64,000 bases of DNA. Origin: Caecitellus pseudoparvulus. Taxonomy: Eukaryota; Protista; Bigyra: Bicosoecida. The DNA lies in NCBI GenBank assembly GCA_965644315.1, contig CBFFRQ010000048.1:97252-161251 (forward strand). Direction: 5' to 3'. Both the position numbers and the translations under genes were made by a program. The notes beneath the pieces were generated by a model. The model saw nothing but the letters and a program-made list of their open reading frames with translations. It searched no databases and was not told the DNA's origin. Below are positions 30,231-41,231 of the stretch, in pieces (positions within the stretch are counted from its first letter, which is position 1; the number at the start of each line of letters is the position of its first letter).

Positions 30231-31641
30231 TCAAGCTTTGAGCACCTGCAGCGCCTCTGCGCACTGCTGGATGCACTTGGCTAGGTCGGCCATTTGGGCT
30301 GGGTCTGCCACGACAGCAGGTGAGCTGAGGGCAGCTGTCGCCTGCGCAATGCTGCGGCTGAGCCCTGCAGCAGCCTGAGCCTTGATGTCTGCGGCAGTCA
30401 GCGGGGTGCTGGAGCTCGGTGTTGGTTCTGGTGTCGGCGCGGGCGCTGGTGCTGGTGGGCGTGTAGAGGCAGGCGTGGGTGGCTGTGCGGGGGCCGGTGC
30501 TGCTGGTGCTGGTGCGGGCAGCGAGACGGCGGACGAGCCTCCGCTGGCAGCATAGGCGGCCAGCTGCTCAGAGGTCATGTGCATCCAGTCGGCGGGGGCA
30601 TCCATGAGCTTCACCCCCGCCGTGCCCGCTGCGGTGGCGGGTTGAGGGGGGGTGTACGCAGCCCCGGAGGGGGGTGGGGGTCGGGCTGCGCCGGCAACCG
30701 CAGCCACCTCCTCAGCTGTCATGGACTCCCAGCCAGCGGGGGCGTCCATGACCGCGACGCCTGAAATGCGGGAGGTTGTGGTGGGGGGTGCGCTGCCCAG
30801 TGTGCGGGCAGTGGGCCCACCCCTCTCGTCCGCGTGGATGCCTGCGTCGACTGCGGACAGAGCCGCGCTCCAGTCCTCGTCGCCGCTTTGCTGTGGGTGC
30901 TGCTCCTGCCGCGGCGGGGAGCCAGTCTTGCTCTCCAGGGCGCCAGCGCCGACAGCCGCAGCAGGTGCAGGGGAGGCAGGGCTGGCTCGGGCCTGGGGCG
31001 GAATGGGCAGGTCCAAGGCAGCGGAGTAGCCGGGTCCGCGCTGCTCCTCAGGCAGCCAGTCGGGGCAGACGACACACTGCACCTCCCCTGCTCGAGAGCG
31101 CAGGATGGGGCAGGAGCAGTACGGCACGTCACACACCGTCTCCAGCATGGTCCAGCCCGAGAGCAACTTGGAGCCCATGCGCTTGGCAGCGACGTCGCTG
31201 GCGTACCGGCGCAGCTCAGCCGCAGACATGCCTTCCACGCCTGTAGTGTGGGCAGGGACCTCGGCCGGAGCCTGGCCGCCACCAACGATGGTGCGGGAAA
31301 TGCCAGTGCTGATTGGGACTGGGGTTGGGGTGCGTGCCGGAGACGGTGCAGCAGGGGCGGCAGAAACGGCCTGCAGCTCGTCGTCGACCAAGTTAAACGT
31401 GGTCTCACACAGAGTGCACAGGAATGCACTGTCCCGGCTGCGCATGAGGGGGATCTGCGGCGCGGCGGGCACAGGGTGGAGGCGGGTGCGGCCACCATCG
31501 GCGTGGCGTGGTTGCGGAAAACGAACTCACCCCCACGCAAGCCTCTTGGGGGCAGTTCTTGCCCGTCATTGCCCAGCCTTGGAGCATGAGCTCCCCCATT
31601 TGATTCATGGCTTCTCGCTTGCGGTCTGTAGGCAGGGCCAT
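30231..31641 (-). CDS. SSSCA1/ZNRD2-like (autoantigen p27) protein with two Zn-ribbon domains; intron 31455-31530
   Basis: MGELMLQGWAMTGKNCPQEACVG|IPLMRSRDSAFLCTLC and MGSKLLSGWTMLETVCDVPYCSCPILRSRAGEVQCVVC; C-terminal helix LAKCIQQCAEALQVL. Confidence 0.8.
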
Positions 31642-32034
31642 GGCTGCAGGGAGCTTGGTCCTTGCGGCTGGTCTCTGGCTCGGGTCCGAGAAAAGCCGTT
31701 CTTCTCCTGCTGTGCGGGAGTGAGTCCAGGGGTGCAGGGGGGAGGGAAGGGGGCATAGGACATGGGCTTGTAATCCTTGGTGGAGTTTGTTTTCTGAAGT
31801 TGAAGTGCCTGCACTTGGGCAGACACTCGAGGGCGGTCACTTTGAGCTGCAGAAAGTCAGAGATAGCGTCATTTCCCAGGGCTTGCAACAACCAAATGCT
31901 GCCAACAATCATTCCGATACCAATAAGTAGGGGAAGTCACGTAGCTTGAATGCCCTGAACACCAACAGACTCTGCAGGCGCAGGCTGCGAGGGACAAGGC
32001 TGTTCCCGTCGCGTTTCGCCGTGAAACGCCAGCC

Positions 32035-32415
32035 ATGAACTTCGTGACGCAGCAAGCCGAGCGGGCATTCCAAGCAGTGTGGCACAGCATCAACACCCCG
32101 GGGGTGCAGTCATGGATCCAGCCTGCTCTCAATGCTGTGCTGGCGTCCCTCTTTAGCACGGTGTTTTACTGCCTGTATCACGGGATCGGAGGCTGGCTCA
32201 TGTGGATCATGGCGCTGCTGACGTGCGGCTTGGCGTTCTCAGCCAATGTTGTGCTGACCGAAGTCATGGCAATTCAGGCACAGCAGGGGAAACAAGGCAT
32301 CATTGACGGCACAGAGAGTGAGCCAGAGGTAGAAGAGGGCGGCGAACCGTTGGAGGATGCAGACGAAGGGGATGCAGCGGAAGGAGAGTGCAGGGACAAG
32401 GACAAAGACGCATGA
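32035..32415 (+). CDS. Pkr1-like ER membrane protein (V-ATPase assembly factor)
   Basis: VWHSINTPGV resembles the Pkr1 LWESVFxPG motif, followed by two TM helices and an acidic tail; recognised by eye. Confidence 0.6.
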   Translation: MNFVTQQAERAFQAVWHSINTPGVQSWIQPALNAVLASLFSTVFYCLYHGIGGWLMWIMALLTCGLAFSANVVLTEVMAIQAQQGKQGIIDGTESEPEVEEGGEPLEDADEGDAAEGECRDKDKDA

Positions 32416-32935
32416 GCTGGGCGGGAAGGCGGCGGCGATGTGTGCCAGCGTGAAAGGAGGCGTGCTGCGCCTGCACGGTTGACTTTGCTCCGCCAAGATC
32501 GGCAGCGCAGCAGTTGGGCCCCGCGACCACGACCGCCATGCAGCTGTTCCCCGCGTGTGCAGCGCCAAGGTGCCCCGTAGGACGAGGACAGGCGCTCTTC
32601 CCTGCACAAGGTCTGCTTTGCAGTGCTGTGCCGCACGCACAGTGACTGGGCGTAGCCGCAGTTGGCACAGCCACCCGTGAGCAGCGGCGTTTTCTGCGGG
32701 CCAGTAGCCCAGCAACGCCACAATTCACACCGGCCCACCTCTGCCCCAGTTTCCCAGCAGCAGGCATCTCAAGTGCAGGCAGACTGGCCAAGTGCTGCTC
32801 ATTCCGAGCCGCCACCACCTCCCTGCGCCCGACTTGCAGTGGTGCAGTGCAGCAAAGCGGCACTCTCAGCTGTTGCCCCCCAGCGGCTGAAAGCCTTGCG
32901 GGTGTCCGACAGGTCCACGTCCTTGTTTGCCAGCC

Positions 32936-33355
32936 ATGTCTGAAGCACAGTTGCGCAAGATTGAAGCGGAGCGAGACCGTCTCAAGGACGAGTTGGAGAC
33001 GCTGAAGAGTGCCATGCCCACGGAGCAGGCGTGCAAGGAGTGCGTGGAGTGTGGACCGTGACAGTGCCAGTTCCCGTGCAGCGGCACGTCACTGCACGAG
33101 GACACAGTCTGCCTGCAGCATTTTGATGCTCCTTGCGCCCCCCACACCCGCCGGGTGCCTGGGGGGGGGGCCAGGCAGCGAGGCTCTGTCACGCTCTGTG
33201 CCTGCGGAAACATGCCTGCTCACTCCATCCGCTCTCTCCCGCTCAGCCTCATCGCCTACGTGGAGGCCCACCCAGAGCCGCTGGCGGCTGAAAATAAGGC
33301 CAACAACCCGTGGCTGACCGCTCCAAGCTCGGGGTGCAGCTGCACCATTCAATGA
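32936..33355 (+). CDS. Heterotrimeric G-protein gamma subunit; exons 32936-33039 and 33247-33355
   Basis: 70-aa spliced product MSEAQLRKIEAERDRLKDELETLKSAMPTEQACKD|LIAYVEAHPEPL...NNPWLTAPSSGCSCTIQ*: coiled coil, (D/E)PL and NPW motifs, CaaX box. Confidence 0.85.
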
Positions 33356-33921
33356 GTCTGTCGTGGCCTGCCATGGTGCGCCGCAACGTGCGCGGGCGTG
33401 ACGCATCGGCGGTGCCCGTTGCTGGGTCCAGTCTGTGGCGTTCCAGGCAAGCCATGACATGTATATGGGGGTGGTGTTCAGCGCGACTAGGGGCTCGCTA
33501 AAGGGGCTCCCGGTGCTGGATTGCCCCGGTTGCAGGAGGGTCGCTGGCGACGCTCCTGGCCTTGCCCTCTCCGCTTCCACAACGTGTGCGAGCTGCGATG
33601 CTGCAGCAATGTAGTCTGTACCTATTCCCACCCACTCCTGCTATGCGGGTGGCCTTTCTTGGGGGTCCCTCACGCCATCTTGTCACTGCCTGCGCACTGG
33701 CCATGATCTCCACCTTCGCACAACACACCCCTGCAGCAAAACCGCGTGACCGCAATCTTTATCACGGTGAGCGAAGGCCCCGCAGTGGCGTCTGCGTGTC
33801 TTTCGTTTCAGCGCAGCGCGCAGGGCGTTCTTGCGGCGTGGCTGCCTGCAGAGGCCTCATCTTTGGCAGCCAGGAAGCTCACAGCAAGGGAGGGCTTGTC
33901 CCAGCGAACACCTTGAGCGCC

Positions 33922-36900
33922 ATGGCTTCCCGGGCTTCCCTTCAGCATGCGTGCGTTGCAGCGTGCAGGTGTCATCCTGCCCTGCGCTGCAGTCGGCCTC
34001 CTCTGCGGTGCTCCACAGGTACTCGTTTGGCTTCAAGCCAGACGTGCACACGCCAGTGGCGTACATGGACGAATCCCACTGCATCTACGTGTCAGGCCAC
34101 ACCATCATCCGGCTGGACGCAGATACCAAGCGCCAACGAGCACTGGAGTGCACGCCCACCGCTCTCGGTGTCTCTGCTCTGGCTGTCGCGCCCGACAAGA
34201 GGTGGGTGGAGTTTCGCGACCTCAGCTCGAAACGGCCAAAATCCGCGCGTGGCGTGCCCAGTCCCCTGCACTTGCTGCGCCCCCTGCCACAGACACTTTG
34301 CGTTTGCAGAGTACTATGAGAGCTCCCCCCCCACCATCACGGTGGTGGACTGGTTCAAGCTGGAGAGCGCCCGCTCTGAGGCCGTCCTGCGCGCTGGCTC
34401 CAAGAAAGGCCGCAGGGTCATCTCGGACCTGGCCCTGGGCTCCTCCATCGTGCACAGCTTGAGCTTCACTGCCGACAGCAAGCACCTCCTCGTCACATCG
34501 GGAGCCCCAGACTGGTCCCTGCTGTACGTCATGTGGGAGAAGTCCCTCGTTGTGGCAGCTCAGCGGCACCTGTGTGCGCCGGAGTCGGTCGTGCACGCCG
34601 TGGACACACACCCCGTGGACCAGTCCGTCGTGCTGGCCACTGGCGACGGGTTCATGAAGATGTTCCGCCTGGCCGATGACCTGCTGAAGATGCTGCCTGT
34701 GAACTTGAAGGGTGACCCACGCCACTTCACCTCCCACGCTTGGCTGCCTGAGGAGCGCGTGGTGGTGGGCACCAGCCTCGGCGAGCTCATGGTGTTCGAG
34801 GGCACCGAGTTCAAGAAGACCCTGGACACGTCCCCCCTCAAAGGCATCGCCATCGGCGCCGTGACGCCGTTCACGAAGGGCTTCGTGGCGGGTTGTGACG
34901 GCGGCCGCGTGCGCATCTACGAGAAGTCGGATGATGCACGGCTTTTCTTCAAACTCACGGCAGAGTTCGCCGTGTCTGGCGACTCCTCCCGTGTCATCCA
35001 CCTGGCGGTGTCTGCCAATGACGACAACCTCGTCGTGGTGCTGGCGTCTGGGCAGGTGTACGAGTTCAAGCTGTCCTCCTACGAGCTGTACAAGGCTGAC
35101 GACATCGTCTTCCGCCCCCTCGTGTCCTCCTTTCACTCGGCCGGCCCGACGGGGGCGACGGGCATCACATCTCTGGACATCTGCGTGCGCAAACCCCTGT
35201 TCGTGACGGCAGGCGCCGACCACACGGTGCGCATTTGGAACTACTCACAGTACTTTGGCCCAGGCGCCAGCGTGCCACAGGAGACAGTGCCCACCCTGGA
35301 GCTCGTGAAGCGCTTCAAGGAGATGCCGACGGCGGTGGCGTTCCACCCCTCCGGCCTGCACGTGCTGGTGGCGTTCGAGTCCACGCTGCAGCTGATGAAT
35401 GTGCTGATGGATGACATCAAGGCAGTCAAGGACTTCCCCATGCGGCGTGCCAACGCAGTGGCGTTTTCCCACGGCGGCCAGTTCTTCGCGGCAAACGCCA
35501 ACAACGGCGTGGCCATCGTGGAGACGTACACGGGCGCCACAGTGCGGAACTTGAGAGCGCACTCAGACCGAGTGGACTCGCTGCGCTGGAGCCCCGACGA
35601 CGCGTACCTCATCACGGCAGGCAAGGACGGCTTGGTGTACCGCTGGCATGTCGGCTCAGACCGCGCTGCCGCCCACAAGCAGCTGGTGGACACGGAAGGC
35701 TACCACATTTCCGCCATTGACGCTGGCGTGTCAGGGCGGGATGGCGCGCAGGCCATCTTGGTGGGCCGGCATGGCCGCCGCAAAGACCGCCGCACCTTCC
35801 GCCAGGTGGACTTCGGGGCGTCTCTGGGCGACCACACCCTGGCCGAGTTCGACGAAGGGGGCGACTGCATCGTGCAGGTCGCGTCGCTGCCCAGCAAGGG
35901 GGCCCTCGTCGCAGCGACGGGGACCCCCGGGCGACCGGGGGGTCTGCGCCTGTACAACTTGCCTATGACGGCCAACCCGGCAGGCGGCATCGGCGCCGGC
36001 GCTGCTGGGCGCGGGGCGGGGGACGCCGAGGGCGGCGAGGCAGCCTCCTCCACCCCCTCTGCCACCGCAGCGGCGCCGGGGTCCACCCTGGCCATGGCGG
36101 GGGCAGGCGGCCATGCCACGCTGAGCCCGCCCTTCCGCAGCTTCATGGCACACGGCGCGCCCGTGACGGCCATGGCTGTGGCCTGGGACGAAGGCCTCGT
36201 CATATCTGGTGGGCAGGATGGCTCCTTGGCCCTGTTCTACGCGCTGGATGGGGGGGGCCTGCGGGGCATGGCTGACAGCATGGTGGGCGCAGGCGCTGCC
36301 GTGGACGGCACGCTGGCTGTGTCGGGGCCGTCGCCACGCCCCCTGCCCACCGGCGCTGGCATGGCGTTTGCCGAGGAGATCCTGGTCACGACTGCGGCGC
36401 TGGAGGGGTCCCGCGTTCGTAAGCGGAAGCTGGAGTTGCGCGTGCAGGAGCTGAAGCTGGACAACGAGCGCGCGCTGCAGTTCAAGCGCATGGCGCAGGA
36501 GAGCAGCATGGGGGAAGTGCGCGAGAAGTTCGAGGCGGAGCTGGCGGCTGAGCGGGGCCGCCTGGAGGAGCTGCGCTCCACGAAAACCGCCATGGAGCAC
36601 AAGTTTGACTCCCAGGTGCGGGGCATGCAGGCACAGCACGGGCGGGAATTCGCCGACATTGACGAAAGCTACAAGGAAAAAATCGCCACGGAAGTGGAAC
36701 GGTACGAGGAGCTGGTTCTGGAGCGGGACGCACAGGTGGCAGCGTGGGAGGAAGAGCTCAACGCCTTGCAGCGGGGGCACGCTGCGGAATTGGAGCGCAC
36801 GGAGACAGATTTCCGCGCCCGAATCGCCGAGGAGCGCGCCTGGGCGGCGTCCCTGCAGGGGGAGGACCGCACGCTGAATCAGCACATTTCTCAGAAAATG

Positions 36901-38448
36901 GACGAGCTGGAGGGGACAGCTGACGGGTACATGGACCGCATGCGGGCAAAGTACGAGGAGCGCCTCGCCGCAGAGAAGCGCGTTGCGTTGAAGCTGGCTG
37001 GCGACAATGCGACGCAGAAGGCGGACTACTTGGCAGAGGAGGCGAAGAAGGAGGCGTTGAAGGCCAAGATTCAGGCTGCACTGGACGCAGAGAAGCTGAA
37101 GTACGACGCCATCGCATCCCGGGAGAAGGACCGGCGAGCGCACAAGAAGGAGATTCTGGAGCGGGAAGAAACGCTGGCCGACAAGGACGCCCGCATCTTT
37201 GACCTGCGCAAGAAGAACCAGGAGTTGGAGAAGTTCAAGTTCGTGCTGAACTACAAGATCCAGGAGCTGAAGCGGCAGATCATGCCGCGCAAGCGCGAGA
37301 TCAAGAGCATGCGTGGGCAGTTGAAGGAGATGGAGCTGGAGCTGCTGCAGTACCACAAAGCCAACGCAGCCCTGCTCCTGACCATCTCCGAGCTGAAGCT
37401 GAAGCGCAACGGCGCCCAGGGTGACGCAAAGGCCCTGGAGGCTGAGGTCGCCTCAAAGCAAGGCGCCCTCTCCCAAGTGCAGCGTGACCTGCACTTGGTG
37501 GCCCAGGCTGTGTCAGACCCCAAGTCCCTGAAAGACAAAGTCACCCAGCTGTACCACAGGTACGTGCATTCCGACGCCACGTCCTTCCAGGAGGGGCAGA
37601 AGGCGGGGGGTGACTCTGCAGAGCTGCAGAAGGAAGTTGGCAGGCACCGTGTGTACTTGGAACGCACCGTGGACGGGCTGAAGCGGAAGTTGGCCAAAGA
37701 CACCGCCCTGCACCGCAAGGAGCGCCAGCGCCTCATGCGCGAGAACACCGTGCTGACGAAGGAAATCAACGACTTGCGCCGGGAGCTGCAGTTCATGCGC
37801 ATGAGCATGACGGGCGCCAAGGCCGGGCTGCAGGTGGACTTTGGCGCCGGCCACACTGGCGTGCAGGCCCAAGGCCTGGGCCGCACAGTCGCCCGCTACG
37901 GCGTCTTCGGCGAGGGCCTCGTCACCGCCGAGCACCAGGGCAAGAGTGCAGTCAAGTCCAAGTTCGCGGCGCAGGAGGTGGCCAAGGCAAAGGCTGCCGC
38001 GCTGTCGGCAGCCAAGAAGGGCGGCGGAACTGCCAGCGGCCCGCGCCCACCCCCCTCTCGAGGCAGCACGCCAGGCGCGGGTGCTGCATTTTCAGGGCGG
38101 TCAGGACGCAAGGCTGCGCCCATGGCAGCTGTGGCGCCGGATGACCCCCTGCCACAAGACGCCCCTGTGCTGCGCGAGTTGGCCATCCAAGAGGCACAGC
38201 TTCAAGCTCTGGCGGCAGAGTTACGGCGGCTGCGTGCCGGCGTGGCAGCGGAGCCCGCCCTGGGGGCCAAGGCAGCCATGCCGTCGGAGGACGTCGCTGT
38301 CGCCGTGGCGGCAGCGCTGGGCGAGGAGGAGGAGGAGGACGCCTCGGCACGCCCCCCCACACGGGAACGCCTGCCCCCCCTGCCAGGGGCGGCGTCAGGC
38401 CCCTCCTCCCCAGCCAACATTTGGGCCGCTGACCGAGGGCACAAGTGA
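33922..38448 (+). CDS. CFAP57: Cilia- and flagella-associated protein 57 (WDR65); introns 33951-34018 and 34202-34292
   Basis: WD40 half (ITSLDICVRKPLFVTAGADHTVRIWNY, AFHPSGLH, FAEEILVT) plus coiled coil with IFDLRKKNQELEKFKFVLNYKIQELKRQI and LMRENTVLTKEINDLRREL. Confidence 0.93.
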   Translation: MASRASLQHACVAACRCHPALRCSRPPLRCSTGTRLASSQTCTRQWRTWTNPTASTCQATPSSGWTQIPSANEHWSARPPLSVSLLWLSRPTRGGWSFATSARNGQNPRVACPVPCTCCAPCHRHFAFAEYYESSPPTITVVDWFKLESARSEAVLRAGSKKGRRVISDLALGSSIVHSLSFTADSKHLLVTSGAPDWSLLYVMWEKSLVVAAQRHLCAPESVVHAVDTHPVDQSVVLATGDGFMKMFRLADDLLKMLPVNLKGDPRHFTSHAWLPEERVVVGTSLGELMVFEGTEFKKTLDTSPLKGIAIGAVTPFTKGFVAGCDGGRVRIYEKSDDARLFFKLTAEFAVSGDSSRVIHLAVSANDDNLVVVLASGQVYEFKLSSYELYKADDIVFRPLVSSFHSAGPTGATGITSLDICVRKPLFVTAGADHTVRIWNYSQYFGPGASVPQETVPTLELVKRFKEMPTAVAFHPSGLHVLVAFESTLQLMNVLMDDIKAVKDFPMRRANAVAFSHGGQFFAANANNGVAIVETYTGATVRNLRAHSDRVDSLRWSPDDAYLITAGKDGLVYRWHVGSDRAAAHKQLVDTEGYHISAIDAGVSGRDGAQAILVGRHGRRKDRRTFRQVDFGASLGDHTLAEFDEGGDCIVQVASLPSKGALVAATGTPGRPGGLRLYNLPMTANPAGGIGAGAAGRGAGDAEGGEAASSTPSATAAAPGSTLAMAGAGGHATLSPPFRSFMAHGAPVTAMAVAWDEGLVISGGQDGSLALFYALDGGGLRGMADSMVGAGAAVDGTLAVSGPSPRPLPTGAGMAFAEEILVTTAALEGSRVRKRKLELRVQELKLDNERALQFKRMAQESSMGEVREKFEAELAAERGRLEELRSTKTAMEHKFDSQVRGMQAQHGREFADIDESYKEKIATEVERYEELVLERDAQVAAWEEELNALQRGHAAELERTETDFRARIAEERAWAASLQGEDRTLNQHISQKMDELEGTADGYMDRMRAKYEERLAAEKRVALKLAGDNATQKADYLAEEAKKEALKAKIQAALDAEKLKYDAIASREKDRRAHKKEILEREETLADKDARIFDLRKKNQELEKFKFVLNYKIQELKRQIMPRKREIKSMRGQLKEMELELLQYHKANAALLLTISELKLKRNGAQGDAKALEAEVASKQGALSQVQRDLHLVAQAVSDPKSLKDKVTQLYHRYVHSDATSFQEGQKAGGDSAELQKEVGRHRVYLERTVDGLKRKLAKDTALHRKERQRLMRENTVLTKEINDLRRELQFMRMSMTGAKAGLQVDFGAGHTGVQAQGLGRTVARYGVFGEGLVTAEHQGKSAVKSKFAAQEVAKAKAAALSAAKKGGGTASGPRPPPSRGSTPGAGAAFSGRSGRKAAPMAAVAPDDPLPQDAPVLRELAIQEAQLQALAAELRRLRAGVAAEPALGAKAAMPSEDVAVAVAAALGEEEEEDASARPPTRERLPPLPGAASGPSSPANIWAADRGHK

Positions 38449-38473
38449 GCTGCTGGCCTTGGAGGCGCCAAAG

Positions 38474-38481
38474 AATGCACT
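38474..38481. terminator. Putative bidirectional 3'-end signal AATGCACT
   Basis: Centred in the 57-nt gap between convergent CFAP57 and MFSD1. Confidence 0.5.
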
Positions 38482-38505
38482 TGTTCACGCAGCGCTGCAG
38501 CGCGA

Positions 38506-40709
38506 TCACGGCGCACTCGGTGAGTCACCCGTGGGGCCAGAGGCCGCTCGAGGAGCACCAGCTCCACGGTCCAGCAGTGGTGTCCCATTGGGCGCGTCCA
38601 GCGACGCTGGTGGTGGTGGGTCGGCGAGGTCTGTGGAGTCCAAGCCTGCTTGCAGCGCGGCCAGGCGGCTGAGGGACAGTTCGCGGGTGGAGCTGTACCG
38701 TTCAGCGGCAGCGGCAGAGTCGAAGCCGCTGGAGTTGCGCGGGCTGGGCGAGAAGCCAGCACCGTGCAAGAGGGGCGGGCGTCCATCTGCCGAGAACACT
38801 GTCGGCTCCGCTGCCAGGGCCATGGCCAGTGCGCCTGCCGCTGTGTGGTGCAGCAGTGAAGAAACCTCCGCCGTCACAGCCACGTTGGCGAGGGTGGCCA
38901 GGTTGGTGCGGTCGTCCTCGTGAAACGCACCAGAGCGGCGGCGGCTGGACAAGCGCTCCAGCAAAGTGGCATCCCAGGCGCTGGGCACAGTCTCATCCCC
39001 TGCCCGCGGCTGAGAATTGGCCAGCAGGGGGTCCGACTTCGTGTCGCGTCGCGAGGGGGCCCCGCCGCATGCCCCCGCCAGGGCTGTTCCTGAAGGGTCC
39101 CGCTGCTCAGCAACGGCCAGCGCCAGGGATGCCAGCATGGCCACCCCTGCCAGGCCTGCGAAGAGCTGCAGCACGCAGACGTAAGTGGCACCACACGAAG
39201 GCGGCTGCAGCATGCCCACGATGACAGGCACGGCGGCCAGGCCAGAGTTCTGCACACAGCCCACCAGGCCATAGGCAATGCCGTAGTACTTCTCCGGGAC
39301 GACGTACGCGACACTGGGCCAGAACGATGCCGCGTACAGCGAGAACCCCACGCCCAGCACGGCCATCATGCCCATTGCGGAGACGCTCGTGAAGGCCAGC
39401 AGCAAGTGCGTCGTGGCCACAGTGGCGGCGGAGAGCACTGTGAACACCGCTCGGCGGCCCGTGCGGTCGACAAGGGCCCCTGCTGGGGATGCCAGGCCTG
39501 CAGAAATGAGGTACACGAGGGAGAAGGAGAGGTTCACCCGAGCCTGGCTAACGCGCTGGCCTGTCTCCGTCCAGCGCAGGCGCAAGAAGCTCGCTGCGAT
39601 GTTGTTGAAGCTGGACACGGACGGAAAGCCCGTGAAGCAGACGAGGGCCAGCAGGTAGAAGCGGTAGTCCAGGGATTTCACAGCCGCCACCACCGCCGCG
39701 CAACGCGACGCCGCTGCTCCACACATGGTTGGCTGGGCGCGCAAAGCTGTTCTGTGCGCCCCCCCACTGCGAGACACATCTCCAGCGCTAGTAGGGCGGT
39801 TGAGCAGCCCGGAAGCACGGGCCTCCTGCTCCTGGCGGCGTTGCTGCTCTCGGCGAGCAGTGTAGGCGGAGTTGATCCACACCGCACCAAATGCACACAG
39901 CGTGCTGCCTGCACAGGCCACCCCCGCTGCGAGGTAGGCAGTGTCCATGGGCAGCAAGACAGAAATGTTATCATTTGCGACGCTTCCCAGGCGCCCCACA
40001 GCAAGAATAACCCCCATGGCTGCAAAGGCGGCGGCGGCGGCGGTGGGTGCAGCAGGGCACAGAACTTCTGTGCGGAAAGCCCACGCTGGCTTCAGCGCCT
40101 GCACGTACCCAGTGCGAGTTCCTTGCCCATGAACCACTGCGCGACGAGGATACGCTGGGAGACACAGAGCGACTCCAGGGAGCCAAAAATTACCCGCCCC
40201 GCGAACAGGATGGACCACTGCTGCATGGAAATGCCGACATAGCCAACCATGGCGCCGACGGTAATTGCAGCGGACAACACTGCTGTGAGTCGACCGGCGC
40301 CGAAGGCGTCTGTCAGCATGCCGCCGAACAAGGGAAGGATGACGTTCGGGATGGAGTACAGGCTGTACAGGAGATTGAAGTTCACGTTGAACTCGGACTC
40401 GGCCGTGTCCAGTGCACCCGAAGCGGTGCTGTTTGAGTTCGGCGGCGAAGGAACCATGCCGAACTGCTCCCTCATCTGCGCAGGGAAGCCAGCCAGTGGT
40501 GTGGTGCCAGAGCGGGTGAACAAGGGTACCCAAGCCGCACTCCTTACCGCGTGCTGTGTTGCGGCGGGGACATCAAAGCTGTAGTATGGCCCGATCAGGG
40601 CTGCCGTAGCCAGGGTAAGCACAAGCCATCGAAGTGGGCTGTTTCGCTTGCGAGGCAGTGGCTGCGTCCCTAGCAGGGCATCATTCAACCATGTCTGCGC
40701 CTGGCACAT
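38506..40709 (-). CDS. MFSD1: MFSD1-like major facilitator transporter; introns 40476-40547 and 40020-40108
   Basis: YYSFDVPAA, FNLLYSLYSIPNVILPLFGGMLTD, WFMGKELAL|AMG...VGRLGS, WPSVAYVVPEKYYGIAYGL...QNSGLA. Confidence 0.85.
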
Positions 40710-41231
40710 GAAGGAGCAAGTTGACGAGACACTTTCCTCCGGCGCGTGGTCTGGGGGCTGCGCCTACAGCGCGAGGCCCAGGGCAAGATGCGGTGTCAAG
40801 TGGTGTGTCAGGCCGTGGTGAACTGCACTTCCCTGCTCTGCATCACCCAAACAAACCCTGGCCCTGCAAGCTAGTTGCAAGTAATCGACGAGTTGCACTC
40901 ATGGCGGCAGCCTCAGACACAACTTGCCCCTGAGGCACTTGCATTTTTGACGCCTGGCCTCCCCTGCAAGCGTTTGATCCGTGGCAGAGAGGGCGCCCTA
41001 GCACCCCCCGAAACGACGCAGCGCTTGGGGCACGCCCGTGCCCTCCTTTGAGAGGGTAGGGCATGTAGGGGACAGTTTGTGGTTGCAGTAACTTTCCTGT
41101 AGCATCCCCTCCCGCTTTGCTCACTGCCACACCGCGCCTTGGTGCCTGTTGCGCTTCGCTGTGCGCTGGTAAGCAGCTTCGCTCGTCCGACCCACCCGAC
41201 CCGCGCAAGCCGCAGCCCTCACAAGGTCAAC

